A stretch of DNA of 64,000 nt from Candidatus Minusculum obligatum. Lineage in GTDB: Bacteria; Patescibacteriota; Minisyncoccia; Phycocordibacterales; Phycocordibacteraceae. The position numbers and the translations under genes are program-made. The DNA lies in NCBI GenBank assembly GCA_002331145.1, contig DCYT01000002.1:23337-87336 (forward strand), read 5' to 3'. The notes beneath the pieces were generated by a model. That model was not told the DNA's origin. It worked only from the letters and a program-made list of their open reading frames with translations, and made no database searches. Shown here in pieces: positions 34,646-44,382 of the stretch (the first letter of the stretch is position 1; the number at the start of each line of letters is the position of its first letter).

Positions 34646-37564
34646 ATGAATCTCTTTGAGGAGGCGTACAAAAGGCTTAATAAAGACCAGAAAAGGGCCG
34701 TGGATACGATTGAGGGGCCTGTAATGGTGATTGCAGGGCCTGGAACGGGAAAGACACAGATTCTTACCCTTCGTATTGCAAATATCCTCAAAAACACTGA
34801 TACACCTCCATCTGCTATTCTTGCTCTTACCTATACAGATGCGGGGGTAAATGCGATGCGAGAGCGCCTTGTGCAGTTTATTGGTACCGAAGCGTACCTT
34901 GTGCGTATCCATACATATCACTCATTTGCAGAGAGTTTAATAAAAGAATATGGAGAGCATCTAGAGCGTTTGCGAGATGGAATGCTTGCAGATGATGTGG
35001 ATCAAAGAGAAATACTTGAGAGGGCTTTTGATTCAGTCTCAGCACCACTTCTAACAAGTAGAGGAGATGCATACAGGGGAATAAAAGAAGTTGTAAGGTT
35101 TATCGATACTGCAAAGCGAGAGCTCTACACTCCAGAGAAACTTTTGAAGGAATATAAAGAAGATGAAGAGAGGATACGAAACCTGGAAGATTTTGAACAT
35201 GTAAAAGGTGCGCACAAAGGAAAGGTGAAGGCGGAATACTTAAAGGCACTCGCAAAGATTGAGAAAAATACTCAAGCTACAGAAATTTATAAAGCGTATG
35301 AAGATATTCTTCGAAGAGAAAATCGATATGATTATCAGGATCTTTTGCTTGAGTTAGTCGCAGCTCTAAAAGAGAATCAAGAATTTAAACAAATTCTTCA
35401 AGAGCAATTCTTATATTTCCTTGCAGATGAGCACCAGGATGCAAATGCAACACAGAATGAAATCTTGCTGGAGCTGGCAGACTTTCACGATTCACCAAAT
35501 GTATTTGTGGTGGGAGATGAGAAGCAGGCGATCTATAGATTTCAAGGAGCAGACCTTGATACCTTCCTAACACTCAAGGAGCGATATCAAAATGCAGAAG
35601 TTATTTTGCTTGAGACAAACTATCGATCAACCCAAGAGGTGCTTGATACAGCACATGAGCTTATATCAAAAGCTCCAATTCCAGATGAGAGTCTTCGAAA
35701 GGAACTTGGTGCACATCACGGAAGTGGAGCTAAGGTACGTGTGTGTAAAGCTCACGATGGTGAGGATGAGCTCTCACAAGTTGTTGGATATATAGAAAAG
35801 CTTCTAAAAGAAGGAGTAAGTGAGAAGGATGTTGCGGTACTTGTGCGAAACAATGCAGATGCATCTATTGTTGCTGGTGCATGTATGCGAGCAAAAATCC
35901 CTTTTACTATTATGGCGAAAGAGAATGTGCTAAAGAGTGCGTTTGCAAAACTCTACATTAATTTACTCCGTGCTATTTGGGATGGAGATACTATCGCACT
36001 AACTAAAGCACTCTTTCTCCCAGGGATTGTAAGCGATGGCACAGACAGGTTGAAACTCATCGAAGCTCTTAGGAAAACAAAGAAAAACCTTCTTAAAGAT
36101 ATAGATGAGAGCAAGTTCTCAGAAAAAGAAGAAATAAAGAAATTAAAAGAAGTGTTTGCTGAACTTCATGAAGAAGTGCACGCATTTCCTGCGGCCCGTG
36201 TAGTTCCGCATATTATTTCAAAACTAAACATTGTATCTGGAATAACGAAGAGACTTGATGCCCAAGAACTTTATGGAATTCTTCAGGCACTACTACACGA
36301 TGTAGAGAAATTTGCCGGCGCATATCCCGGATCTGACATAGGAGCATATCTTGAGAGGGTAGATTTAATTGAAAAGCATGAGCTTTCTGTTATCTCAACA
36401 AAGAAAGAGGTACGAGGTATTCAAATAATGACCGCGCATAGTTCAAAAGGTCTTGAGTTTCCATATGTAATTATTCCTTTTGCTACTGATAGAAGGTATG
36501 GAAAGAAGCGGGCGAATGAGCTATCAGTTCCAGGATCATTAATCCAAGAAGAGCACGATGAGCGAAGACTTTTGTATGTGGCACTTACCCGTGCAGAAAA
36601 AGAAGCGCTTATTACCTATGCTGCAAGGAATGCTTTGGGAAGAGAGGAAACTCCAACAAGGTTTATTCATGACATGGGTGAGCTGCTAGAGGATATGGAG
36701 AGTTTTGAAACAACACTGCCATTAGTTGCAGAGGAGGAGCGAACATCACTTATTGATACTTCATACATAAAAGACAGGCTTCTAGAATCTGGAATGTCAG
36801 CAACAGCATACGGAAACTACAAAGCATCTCCATGGAAGTATTTCTTTAGAAATCTTCTAAGGCTTCCAGAGGGGAAGACACTGCCACTTATTTATGGATC
36901 TGCAGTGCATGCTGCGCTGGAGGAAGCGGGAAATCAATCCCTTGCAAAGGGAGAGTTTGATATCAAAGAAGTAGAGAAGCTTTTTGAAGAGAAGATGCAG
37001 TCTTCTGATCTAACTGAAAAAGAAAGAAAAGAATATACGCCAATAGGAAAGAAAGTTCTGAAGGAATATTTAGAACAGACAACGCTTCCAAAAGAAGGGA
37101 AGACAGAGTTTTCAGTTTCAGCACCATTTGAGATTCCAGGAGTTGGGACGCTAACCATTCGAGGAAATCTCGATCGACTAGATATCGTTGATGGATCTTC
37201 TGTACGTGTAGTTGATTACAAGACAGGGAAGCCAAAGAGTGAGAATGAGATTAAAGGATTAACTGCAAATGGTGATCCTTCGTACTACGTGCAGCTTATG
37301 TTCTACGCATTGCTTCTAAAGCACGACCCATCACACTTATACAATATGAAAGAGGGGGTGCTTGAGTTTGTAGAGCCAAATGCAACAAGGAAGTATGTGT
37401 CTCGATCTTTTGTAATTGATGAGAAGGAGCTCTCAGAATTTGAGGAGGTCTTTAAGAAAGACCTTGCTGATATAGCAAGCGGCGCATTTTTGAATGCGCC
37501 GCTTAGCGATGACTACAAAGAGTTAGTCGAAATGATTAGCTTGAAGAAAGAATCTGGTCAATAA
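34646..37564 (+). CDS. UvrD/PcrA-type superfamily 1 helicase with a C-terminal PD-(D/E)xK (RecB/AddA-like) nuclease domain
   Basis: Walker A AGPGTGKTQ, DExQD-like FLADEHQDANATQ, helicase motifs through IMTAHSSKGLEFPYVIIP...VALTRAEK. C-terminal nuclease motifs GNLDRLDIVDGSSVRVVDYKTG...YYVQLMFY. 972 aa. Confidence 0.85.
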   Translation: MNLFEEAYKRLNKDQKRAVDTIEGPVMVIAGPGTGKTQILTLRIANILKNTDTPPSAILALTYTDAGVNAMRERLVQFIGTEAYLVRIHTYHSFAESLIKEYGEHLERLRDGMLADDVDQREILERAFDSVSAPLLTSRGDAYRGIKEVVRFIDTAKRELYTPEKLLKEYKEDEERIRNLEDFEHVKGAHKGKVKAEYLKALAKIEKNTQATEIYKAYEDILRRENRYDYQDLLLELVAALKENQEFKQILQEQFLYFLADEHQDANATQNEILLELADFHDSPNVFVVGDEKQAIYRFQGADLDTFLTLKERYQNAEVILLETNYRSTQEVLDTAHELISKAPIPDESLRKELGAHHGSGAKVRVCKAHDGEDELSQVVGYIEKLLKEGVSEKDVAVLVRNNADASIVAGACMRAKIPFTIMAKENVLKSAFAKLYINLLRAIWDGDTIALTKALFLPGIVSDGTDRLKLIEALRKTKKNLLKDIDESKFSEKEEIKKLKEVFAELHEEVHAFPAARVVPHIISKLNIVSGITKRLDAQELYGILQALLHDVEKFAGAYPGSDIGAYLERVDLIEKHELSVISTKKEVRGIQIMTAHSSKGLEFPYVIIPFATDRRYGKKRANELSVPGSLIQEEHDERRLLYVALTRAEKEALITYAARNALGREETPTRFIHDMGELLEDMESFETTLPLVAEEERTSLIDTSYIKDRLLESGMSATAYGNYKASPWKYFFRNLLRLPEGKTLPLIYGSAVHAALEEAGNQSLAKGEFDIKEVEKLFEEKMQSSDLTEKERKEYTPIGKKVLKEYLEQTTLPKEGKTEFSVSAPFEIPGVGTLTIRGNLDRLDIVDGSSVRVVDYKTGKPKSENEIKGLTANGDPSYYVQLMFYALLLKHDPSHLYNMKEGVLEFVEPNATRKYVSRSFVIDEKELSEFEEVFKKDLADIASGAFLNAPLSDDYKELVEMISLKKESGQ

Positions 37565-38225
37565 CTCCTTTCATTTGCTCATACGGTAGAGCGCTTGAGA
37601 AGCTAACTGGTTCCTCTCCTTCCATAATAACGATGTTAAATGGAGTTCCTGTTCCTCCAGCCTCAACTGCTGTGTTGAATGAGTTCTGTACTTTCTCTGT
37701 GTACTTTCCGCTTGCAACACATGCATCGAGTGCTTCTTTTGATACACCAACCTGTTCTGCGTACTCTCCGTACTTACTTGGATCGGTTTGTTGATTTCCT
37801 GGTGCGTTCTCAAATAGAACATCAAGGAAGCTCCAGAATGAATCATTTCCTCCAAGTTCCGCTACACACTCAGCAGCTTCTGCATGCTTTGCTGCATTTG
37901 GGTGAATAGATGATAGAGGGAAGTGTCGGTATACCCATGCCACGTCTCCTGATGGACCATACTCATCAATGATTTGCTTCATTGTCTCATGGAAGTTCTT
38001 ACAGAACGGACAATCAATATCTGAGTACTCAATAATAGTAATTTTCGCATTAGGACTTCCTAGGATGTGATCATCCTCTGTAATTGGAAGTACAACACTC
38101 ACATCAGCTTCCTGCTGATTATTTGGGTTTTGTGGAGCCTGTTCATTAAAGAATACTGCTCCTGCAATCAGCAGTCCTGCCACTACTATCGCTCCTGGAA
38201 TCGCAAATTTAGCCATATATTTCAA
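37536..38225 (-). CDS. DsbA-like thiol:disulfide oxidoreductase, membrane-anchored (paralog 1)
   Basis: N-terminal TM helix. CPFC active site in IIEYSDIDCPFCKNFHETM, and a VAWVYRHFPL motif shared with the other two paralogs. Overlaps the helicase 3' end by 29 nt (convergent). Confidence 0.85.
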   Translation of the reverse strand: MKYMAKFAIPGAIVVAGLLIAGAVFFNEQAPQNPNNQQEADVSVVLPITEDDHILGSPNAKITIIEYSDIDCPFCKNFHETMKQIIDEYGPSGDVAWVYRHFPLSSIHPNAAKHAEAAECVAELGGNDSFWSFLDVLFENAPGNQQTDPSKYGEYAEQVGVSKEALDACVASGKYTEKVQNSFNTAVEAGGTGTPFNIVIMEGEEPVSFSSALPYEQMKGVIDQILSSS

Positions 38226-38242
38226 TCTTATCGTGCTATTAT

Positions 38243-39067
38243 ATGGGCCAGTATACCATGGAAGTTTTTACAGCCATCATCCTTGGTCTTATCCAAGGAA
38301 TCACAGAATTTCTCCCAATTTCGTCAACCGGACACCTTGTTTTGGTGCAAGAATTCTTAGGAGTATCTGATATTTACGGGCTTTCTTTTGATGCAATCTT
38401 ACACCTTGCTACTGCCTTGGCTGTTGGAATCTACTTTTTTAAAGATTTTCTAAAGATTGCCTATGCATTTCTTTATAGAATTACAGGTCGTCCAGTTGTA
38501 AAAGAGGATGAGACAATGCTCTTGCTTCTCATTATCGGAACTATTCCAGCTGCAGCATTGGGATTTTATTTAGAAGATTACATGGATACCATCTTCCGGA
38601 ATCCTGTTTTGGTTGCCTGGACACTTATCTTGGGAGCCCTTATCTTCCTTTTGGCTGAGTGGGTGGGGAAGCGATATCAGGAGCAAGAAGAAGTTCCTAC
38701 AAAAATGAAAGCACTTTGGATTGGATTCTTCCAAGCGCTCGCCCTTATTCCAGGAATGAGTCGCTCTGGTATGACAATCTCAGGAGGATTGATGCTTGGT
38801 CTTACAAGAGAGGCTGCAGCACGCTTTGGATTTATGTTGGCTTTTCCAATTATCCTTGGATCTGGAGGAAAGAAGTTTCTCGATCTTCTAAATGCTGGAA
38901 CTTTTGATGCAAATATTGCTCCAATATTCTGGGGAGCAGTTGCAGCGTTTGTAAGTGGGCTTTTGGTTATTCATTACCTTCTAAAATTCCTGCGAAATCA
39001 TTCGCTTACTGTATTTGCGGTGTATAGAATACTATTGGCAATAGTTGTGCTTGTTTGGTTTGTCTAA
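38243..39067 (+). CDS. uppP: Undecaprenyl-diphosphate phosphatase
   Basis: ITEFLPISSTGHLVL and PGMSRSGMTISGGLMLGL signatures. 8 TM helices. Confidence 0.9.
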   Translation: MGQYTMEVFTAIILGLIQGITEFLPISSTGHLVLVQEFLGVSDIYGLSFDAILHLATALAVGIYFFKDFLKIAYAFLYRITGRPVVKEDETMLLLLIIGTIPAAALGFYLEDYMDTIFRNPVLVAWTLILGALIFLLAEWVGKRYQEQEEVPTKMKALWIGFFQALALIPGMSRSGMTISGGLMLGLTREAAARFGFMLAFPIILGSGGKKFLDLLNAGTFDANIAPIFWGAVAAFVSGLLVIHYLLKFLRNHSLTVFAVYRILLAIVVLVWFV

Positions 39068-39101
39068 CTACTGAGTTAACTACGTAGTTAACTCAGTAGT
39101 T
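39066..39101. repeat. Perfect 36-bp palindrome aactactgagttaactacgtagttaactcagtagtt, filling the gap between convergent uppP and the exonuclease gene
   Basis: Equals its own reverse complement. Overlaps the uppP stop (39065-39067) and ends 1 nt before the exonuclease stop. Shares the ttaactacgtagttaa core with the palindrome at 9202-9237. Confidence 0.75.
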
Positions 39102-39102
39102 G

Positions 39103-39678
39103 CTAAAGACCTAAAGTTTGCGTCACAGCCCCTCCATCTGATTTATCCCACTCTGAAGTATCGATTTTAATATCTCGAATCTCATTAAGGTCTTTCCACT
39201 TAATGATTCCGTTTTCTTTTGCATATTCAAAAATATCTTTTGTTACTTTCACGTCCTGAAGACAATACTCACGCACTTTGTCTACGAGTCCTTGCTGCCA
39301 CCATTCAATAGCCTTAAGTCCATCAGCACTTTTTCCTTCTCCAAGTGTTGCTTCAGCTAAGTTATTTAGACGAATACGTCGCCCAAGGGATTTATGTACA
39401 TCCTTTAGAAGATCAATGCTTTTAATATTTGTTAAATCACCAGGATAGTATTTGTTGAGGAGGGGAATATCGAACGTATCTGAGTTAAATCCAATAAGAG
39501 CATCAGTTGATTCAACTAGTGGCCAGAAGTTTATAAGCTCTTCTGCTGTGTAGCTTGTGTACTCGTCTGTTTTGCTGTTGTAGGCACCCAAAATGGCGAT
39601 ATCCAGTGTTGTTACCGTCTTCTCATTAATATACGGAAGAGTATCCGTTGTTTCGATATCGAATACTATGTAGTTCAT
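39103..39678 (-). CDS. DEDD-family 3'-5' exonuclease (DnaQ-like fold)
   Basis: Exo I IVFDIETTD, Exo II GFNSDTFDIPLL, Exo III YCLQDVKVT (DEDDy type). 191 aa. Confidence 0.7.
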   Translation of the reverse strand: MNYIVFDIETTDTLPYINEKTVTTLDIAILGAYNSKTDEYTSYTAEELINFWPLVESTDALIGFNSDTFDIPLLNKYYPGDLTNIKSIDLLKDVHKSLGRRIRLNNLAEATLGEGKSADGLKAIEWWQQGLVDKVREYCLQDVKVTKDIFEYAKENGIIKWKDLNEIRDIKIDTSEWDKSDGGAVTQTLGL

Positions 39679-40937
39679 AGACTCTCGTTTATAAGGTCGA
39701 GAATGTTCTCTTTCTTTGTTTCAAGCTCATCTCCAGTTTCAATATTTTTTAGCGTAACCATAGAGCTCTTCGCTTCATCCTCTCCATAGACAATGACATG
39801 CGTAATATTTCGCTTTTCTGCATCTTTGATTTGGTCTCCAATTTTCTTTCCTGAAAGATTTACGAATACCGAAAGGCCTTGCTCTCGCAATTCGTTTGCA
39901 AATGCTTGTGCAGCAGGAATATTCTCCTCACTTGGTGTTGCAAGGTATATGTGTGAGCTGAAATCCACTTCAGGAAGTAGATCATGTGTCTCTAGGAAGT
40001 CCTGAAGCGTTACGTCTCCAAAAGCAAATCCTACAGCTGGAATCTCATCATTTGAGAATAGGGAAAGGAGATTATCATATCGTCCTCCTCCAAAGAGAGC
40101 TCGTGCATTTGATGGATCAGTATCAAAGAACTCAAAGATAACTCCTGTGTAGTAATCAAAACCACGAACAAGTGTTGGATCGTACACGACATTTTCAATT
40201 CCGCGCTCTTTGAGTGTTGCGATAAATGTTTCAAGCTTTTCTTTCTCTTCTTTAACTGAAGGGTCATCAGCACCATCAATACAAGCAAGTGGATCTTTTC
40301 CGTCTCCTACAAGTTCTTTTTGCTTTTCTTCAAACTCAGAAGCTTCCATCTTGTTCTTTCGATCAAGAAGTCGCATGTATGAAGCATGATCTTCATCCTT
40401 AAGAGCAGAAGCTTTACATGCTGCAGTTAGGAGTTTTCGTGAGTTAATTCGAATTGAAAATGTCTCATCTCCTGCACCAAATGCTCGAAGCACATCTCGT
40501 CCTACGCGGATAACTTCAAGATCAGCTTCTCCTTCTGGTGCTCCTACAAGATCAACATCTACTTGATAGAACTCTCGAAGACGTCCTTTCTGTGGTCGTT
40601 CATATCGGAAACGGTTTCCAATTGAATACCATCGAAGTGGGAAGGGAATCTCTCGCCGCTTTGCGGCTGCCATACGAGCCAAGGTAGGAGTCATCTCAGG
40701 ACGAAGGGTTACCTTTCGATCTCCACGATCGGTAAAAGTGTAGGTTTGCTCATTCACAATCTCTTCACTCGTTTTTGATTCATAGAGCTCAGCTCGCTCA
40801 AGAGGAGATGCGTCATACTCAGAGTATCCATACTTTGCTAGTACATCCTGCACAATTGCAAAAAGAGCCGTAAGACGGGCTTTGTCATCTGGATAGAAGT
40901 CTCGAACTCCTTTATATGGATCTGTGTCTAATTTCAT
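39675..40937 (-). CDS. hisS: Histidine--tRNA ligase
   Basis: Class II motifs (RLREFYQVDVD, GGRYDNL) and a C-terminal anticodon-binding domain. 420 aa. The stop overlaps the exonuclease start. Confidence 0.9.
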   Translation of the reverse strand: MKLDTDPYKGVRDFYPDDKARLTALFAIVQDVLAKYGYSEYDASPLERAELYESKTSEEIVNEQTYTFTDRGDRKVTLRPEMTPTLARMAAAKRREIPFPLRWYSIGNRFRYERPQKGRLREFYQVDVDLVGAPEGEADLEVIRVGRDVLRAFGAGDETFSIRINSRKLLTAACKASALKDEDHASYMRLLDRKNKMEASEFEEKQKELVGDGKDPLACIDGADDPSVKEEKEKLETFIATLKERGIENVVYDPTLVRGFDYYTGVIFEFFDTDPSNARALFGGGRYDNLLSLFSNDEIPAVGFAFGDVTLQDFLETHDLLPEVDFSSHIYLATPSEENIPAAQAFANELREQGLSVFVNLSGKKIGDQIKDAEKRNITHVIVYGEDEAKSSMVTLKNIETGDELETKKENILDLINESL

Positions 40938-40958
40938 ATCTTTCTATTCTACGATCTC

Positions 40959-41498
40959 TTATACATCATGCAAACTTCCAGGGCGTTTTTTAATCTCCTC
41001 CATAATAAGTCGCCTTATTTTTCGAGGATTTCCAACAGTTTTCATTATTAAATCATGCTTATGTCCCGCGGTTTCTATGTGCACGTCTCCAATATTAAAG
41101 AGGGTTGGGAAGAAGCCATGAATATCTGTCTGTACATCCTGAATGCGCTCAATACGGAAACTATTTACCTGTCGACTAAAGAATCCGCGCTGCACGATTC
41201 CAACGATCCTCTGATTGCTAATAATCCAAGTATCAAGATAGAAGTCAGTTATAAAGTGCATCATTCCAAGCCATAGCAAAAGGAAGAGAAGGCCTGCGCC
41301 AAGCGTTACGATATCTTCAGGAAATCCCGGGAAACTCACATATCCTAATGGCGTCCAAATATTTCCGTCTATAAATGCAGCTTGCACAAGAGAGGTTAGG
41401 TATCCTGCAAAGATAAATGGCAGAACACCAACCAAAAATACAAGAGAGTGTCGACGTATTGTCTTTCGGTGCTTTTCTCCGCTTCCAAGATTAAACAT
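40959..41498 (-). CDS. Membrane protein with a bacterial PH-like domain (bPH_2/DUF304, YdbT-like)
   Basis: Two TM helices followed by WIISNQRIVGIVQRGFFSRQVNSFRIERIQDVQ...FNIGDVHIETAG. Confidence 0.65.
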   Translation of the reverse strand: MFNLGSGEKHRKTIRRHSLVFLVGVLPFIFAGYLTSLVQAAFIDGNIWTPLGYVSFPGFPEDIVTLGAGLLFLLLWLGMMHFITDFYLDTWIISNQRIVGIVQRGFFSRQVNSFRIERIQDVQTDIHGFFPTLFNIGDVHIETAGHKHDLIMKTVGNPRKIRRLIMEEIKKRPGSLHDV

Positions 41499-41715
41499 AA
41501 GGCATTTTACTTACTATCATTCCAATAAGGAAAAGAGACACTCCATAGTAGGCAATGAGTACAAGAATCGAAATGACAATATTTCGTCCATATACAAGCC
41601 AATGGTAGGTAATAGAGAAAGAGAAAATAATCCAGAAGAGAGCAACAATTCCGGAAACGAGTGAGACGATAGGGAGATCTTGAATATATTGAAGCAATAC
41701 TGACAGATCAGTCAT
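41491..41715 (-). CDS. Small hypothetical membrane protein (74 aa, 2 TM)
   Basis: Hydrophobic helices. Overlaps both neighbours by 8 nt (operon packing). Confidence 0.45.
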   Translation of the reverse strand: MTDLSVLLQYIQDLPIVSLVSGIVALFWIIFSFSITYHWLVYGRNIVISILVLIAYYGVSLFLIGMIVSKMPYV

Positions 41716-42439
41716 GCTTATAGTGTGCCACGGTATACCGGGCTACGCCATACTGATCAGTGCGTGGAGAAACAGTAAATGAGGAAGGGAAGAGCTCCAT
41801 AATTTCATCACTTTGGGTGCTGTCATGCTCCAAGTAAAGTGCTCCGCCAGGATTGAGGTGATCTTTTAATTTTTCTACAAGCTCTCGAATAAAAATAAGG
41901 CCATCATCTCCTGCAAAGAGAGCAATGAGAGGTTCAAAATTTATAACTCCTTTAGGAAGATCGCGATTCTGTGGAACGTACGGAGGATTTGCAAGGATAA
42001 TATCGAATGAACCTTCGATATTTTTAAACACATCACTCTGAAGGATTTCTACTTCATTTGTAATGCCATTCTCTTTTATATTCTTTTCAATTGTTGCTAG
42101 GTGATTCTCATCAAGCTCTGCAAAGGTGATAGAGTCCTGCGGACGTGCTTTTGCCCAGGCAATGCCAAGTGCTCCTGATCCTGCAAAGATGTCCAGAACT
42201 TTCTTTGGAGATTCGTCAGTTTCTTTAAGCGCTTGCTCAAGCCAGAACTCGCTTTCAACTCGTGGGATAAGAGGCTTTGAATCAAGATGGATTGTTGTAT
42301 TTAAAAAAGGTGCGTTCCCAATGATATAGGCTAGAGGTTCGCCATTGTCTAGGCGCTCCTTATCTATCTGAAACTCAGTGGTAGCTTTCCCGTTATATTT
42401 TTCCTGAAGCAATTGTTGCTCCTCTCTCGTATCTATCAT
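41708..42439 (-). CDS. prmC: Release-factor glutamine N5-methyltransferase (HemK/PrmC)
   Basis: SAM motif VLDIFAGSGALG and catalytic NPPY in ILANPPYVPQ. Confidence 0.85.
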   Translation of the reverse strand: MIDTREEQQLLQEKYNGKATTEFQIDKERLDNGEPLAYIIGNAPFLNTTIHLDSKPLIPRVESEFWLEQALKETDESPKKVLDIFAGSGALGIAWAKARPQDSITFAELDENHLATIEKNIKENGITNEVEILQSDVFKNIEGSFDIILANPPYVPQNRDLPKGVINFEPLIALFAGDDGLIFIRELVEKLKDHLNPGGALYLEHDSTQSDEIMELFPSSFTVSPRTDQYGVARYTVAHYKHD

Positions 42440-42549
42440 AAAAGTATGTGCACCATATAACCAAGAAGAATGAATCCAAGCAAGAGGAGAATGTAGGCAA
42501 GGTGTTGGTATGACATAGACGACTGTACTTTAAGAAGTATACTACGATC

Positions 42550-43242
42550 ATGTTTGGAGTTAGAAAGCGGGTCCTTGGTCTAGGACTTTTTCTTATTGCT
42601 ATGCTTGTTGTATGGTTTTTCCTCAAGGACGTAGTAACCCTTGAGGTATTGCAGGCAAAGCAAATGGAGCTAAAGGCATTTGTTGATACAAACTATTTTC
42701 TAGCACTCCTTATCTTCTCTGTTGTGTATGCGATCTCAGCGACAACCGCTTTCCCTCTAGGGGGTATTTTTGTACTTCTTGCAGGATTCCTCTTTGGCGT
42801 AATTGTGGGAACTGTAGTTACTGTGCTTGCTGCAACACTTGGAGGAGCTGCGCTTTTCCTTGTAACCAAGTATGGATTTAAAGAATGGGTAGAGAATCAC
42901 TATGGAAAGTACCTAGCACCCATTGAAAAGGAGTTAAGTGAGCATCCAGCCTCGTACATGCTTTTTTTGCGATTTATGCCGGTAGTTCCTTATGTTGTAA
43001 TTAATGTGGTGCCAGCTCTTGTAAATGTACGCTTCAGTACATTTTTATGGACAAGTATTATCGGTCTTTTGCCAGGAGCACTCATCTTTACGATAGCAGG
43101 GAAGGAGCTCTCCCGTATTGCTAGTACGGGTGATGTAATGACTCCATCATTTATCTTTGCACTCCTATTGCTTGGCGGGCTATCTCTTGTGCCGCTTGTA
43201 TATAGGAAATATCGTAAATATAAAGAACGCAACGTATCTTGA
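42550..43242 (+). CDS. TVP38/TMEM64 (DedA-related) family membrane protein
   Basis: LRFMPVVPYVVINVVPAL signature with multiple TM helices. Confidence 0.75.
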   Translation: MFGVRKRVLGLGLFLIAMLVVWFFLKDVVTLEVLQAKQMELKAFVDTNYFLALLIFSVVYAISATTAFPLGGIFVLLAGFLFGVIVGTVVTVLAATLGGAALFLVTKYGFKEWVENHYGKYLAPIEKELSEHPASYMLFLRFMPVVPYVVINVVPALVNVRFSTFLWTSIIGLLPGALIFTIAGKELSRIASTGDVMTPSFIFALLLLGGLSLVPLVYRKYRKYKERNVS

Positions 43243-43277
43243 CAAACTGTCAATAATAGTGCTATAATACGTTCGTT

Positions 43278-43538
43278 ATGAACGATAATCCAGCAGCACT
43301 TCGAGAGTGTCTTCAGGGAGATTGTAATAAGATCCTTCGAGAAACGCTTCATGCATTTGATGCAGAAGAGCAGCAGTCAAAGAATGTTTGTGATATTGAT
43401 GTCGATGCAGTGCTTGAGCGTCCGCTTACAAAGCTAAACTATGGACGAGTAGCAAAGCCAAAGACATCGTTTGTGATCCCACGAACTCCACAAGCTTCTG
43501 GCGCTCGAGGATTTATCAAAGATCTCCTTACGAAATAA
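43278..43538 (+). CDS. Hypothetical protein (86 aa)
   Basis: ORF only. No recognisable motif. Confidence 0.35.
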   Translation: MNDNPAALRECLQGDCNKILRETLHAFDAEEQQSKNVCDIDVDAVLERPLTKLNYGRVAKPKTSFVIPRTPQASGARGFIKDLLTK

Positions 43539-43556
43539 ACAATTTATTTATAGAAG

Positions 43557-43594
43557 AAAACGCATGCGCTTGATATACTTAGCGCATGCGTTTT
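43557..43594. terminator. Inverted repeat with 14-bp arms (aaaacgcatgcgct-tgatatactt-agcgcatgcgtttt). A terminator-like element. The annotated start of the next ORF lies inside the right arm.
   Basis: Perfect 14-bp arms with a 10-nt loop, flanked by an A-run and a T-run. Confidence 0.45.
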
Positions 43595-44044
43595 CATTTT
43601 TGGTATACAGTTTTTTCACTCTTCTTCTTTGTAGAGGCAGTTTTAGCGGTAATGCACTTAGGGTCACTGGGACTTATTCCTACGTGGATTCCTGTTTTTG
43701 ATTTTATTCTTCTTACACTTGCCACATTCAGGCTAACTCGACTGTTTGTATATGACAGTATTACAGCTTTCGTTCGGGGATGGTTCTACGGACAGCCTAA
43801 AAATAGTTTCCTAGGAACACTTAATACTCTTATTAACTGCCCATGGTGCACCGGTCTTTGGTTTGGTTTCCTTACCGCGTACTTCTATTTCCTAACACCA
43901 TACGCTTGGTTCTTCATTCTATTCCTTGCGGTTGCAGGACTCGGGACTATGGTTCAGATCTTCTGTAACTTGCTTGGTTGGAGCGCAGAAGCTGCAAAAC
44001 AGAAGGCAAGCAATGGGAATGGGCCACACGTTTGTGGAGGTTAA
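43586..44044 (+). CDS. DUF1360-like membrane protein with a CPWC motif. The true start may be the internal Met at 43652.
   Basis: ITAFVRGWFYG...LINCPWCTGLWFGF. Multiple TM helices. Confidence 0.5.
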   Translation: MRFHFWYTVFSLFFFVEAVLAVMHLGSLGLIPTWIPVFDFILLTLATFRLTRLFVYDSITAFVRGWFYGQPKNSFLGTLNTLINCPWCTGLWFGFLTAYFYFLTPYAWFFILFLAVAGLGTMVQIFCNLLGWSAEAAKQKASNGNGPHVCGG

Positions 44045-44046
44045 AT

Positions 44047-44078
44047 AAAAACAGTGGACAATATTGTCCACTGTTTTT
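44047..44078. terminator. Perfect 32-bp palindromic terminator (aaaaacagtggacaat|attgtccactgttttt)
   Basis: 16-bp arms with A5/T5 flanks built in. Follows the DUF1360 stop. Confidence 0.7.
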
Positions 44079-44097
44079 CTTATGTTAATATGAATGT

Positions 44098-44382
44098 ATG
44101 TTCATATCTTCAAACATCGAACAGTCAGCAGAGCTTCTAAAACTTTTAGGAGACACTACTCGATTGAAAATCCTTAATCTTCTTTTCTCTGAAGATCGAG
44201 ATATGTGTGTAAATGAAATTGCCTACGAAGTAGGAGCAAGTCAGTCAGCAACAAGTCATCAGCTTTCCAAATTAGAGGCACTTAATATAGTGTCTTGTTT
44301 TCGTGATGGTCAAAAGGTTTGTTATGAATTAACTGACAAGCCAATTGTCGATTCTATTAGAAATATTTTGAAAGTTGTATGA
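44098..44382 (+). CDS. ArsR/SmtB-family transcriptional regulator
   Basis: ELLKLLGDTTRLKILNLLFSEDRDMCVNEIAYEVGASQSATSHQLSKL is an HTH. 94 aa. Heads a 5-gene operon linked by 4-nt overlaps. Confidence 0.85.
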   Translation: MFISSNIEQSAELLKLLGDTTRLKILNLLFSEDRDMCVNEIAYEVGASQSATSHQLSKLEALNIVSCFRDGQKVCYELTDKPIVDSIRNILKVV

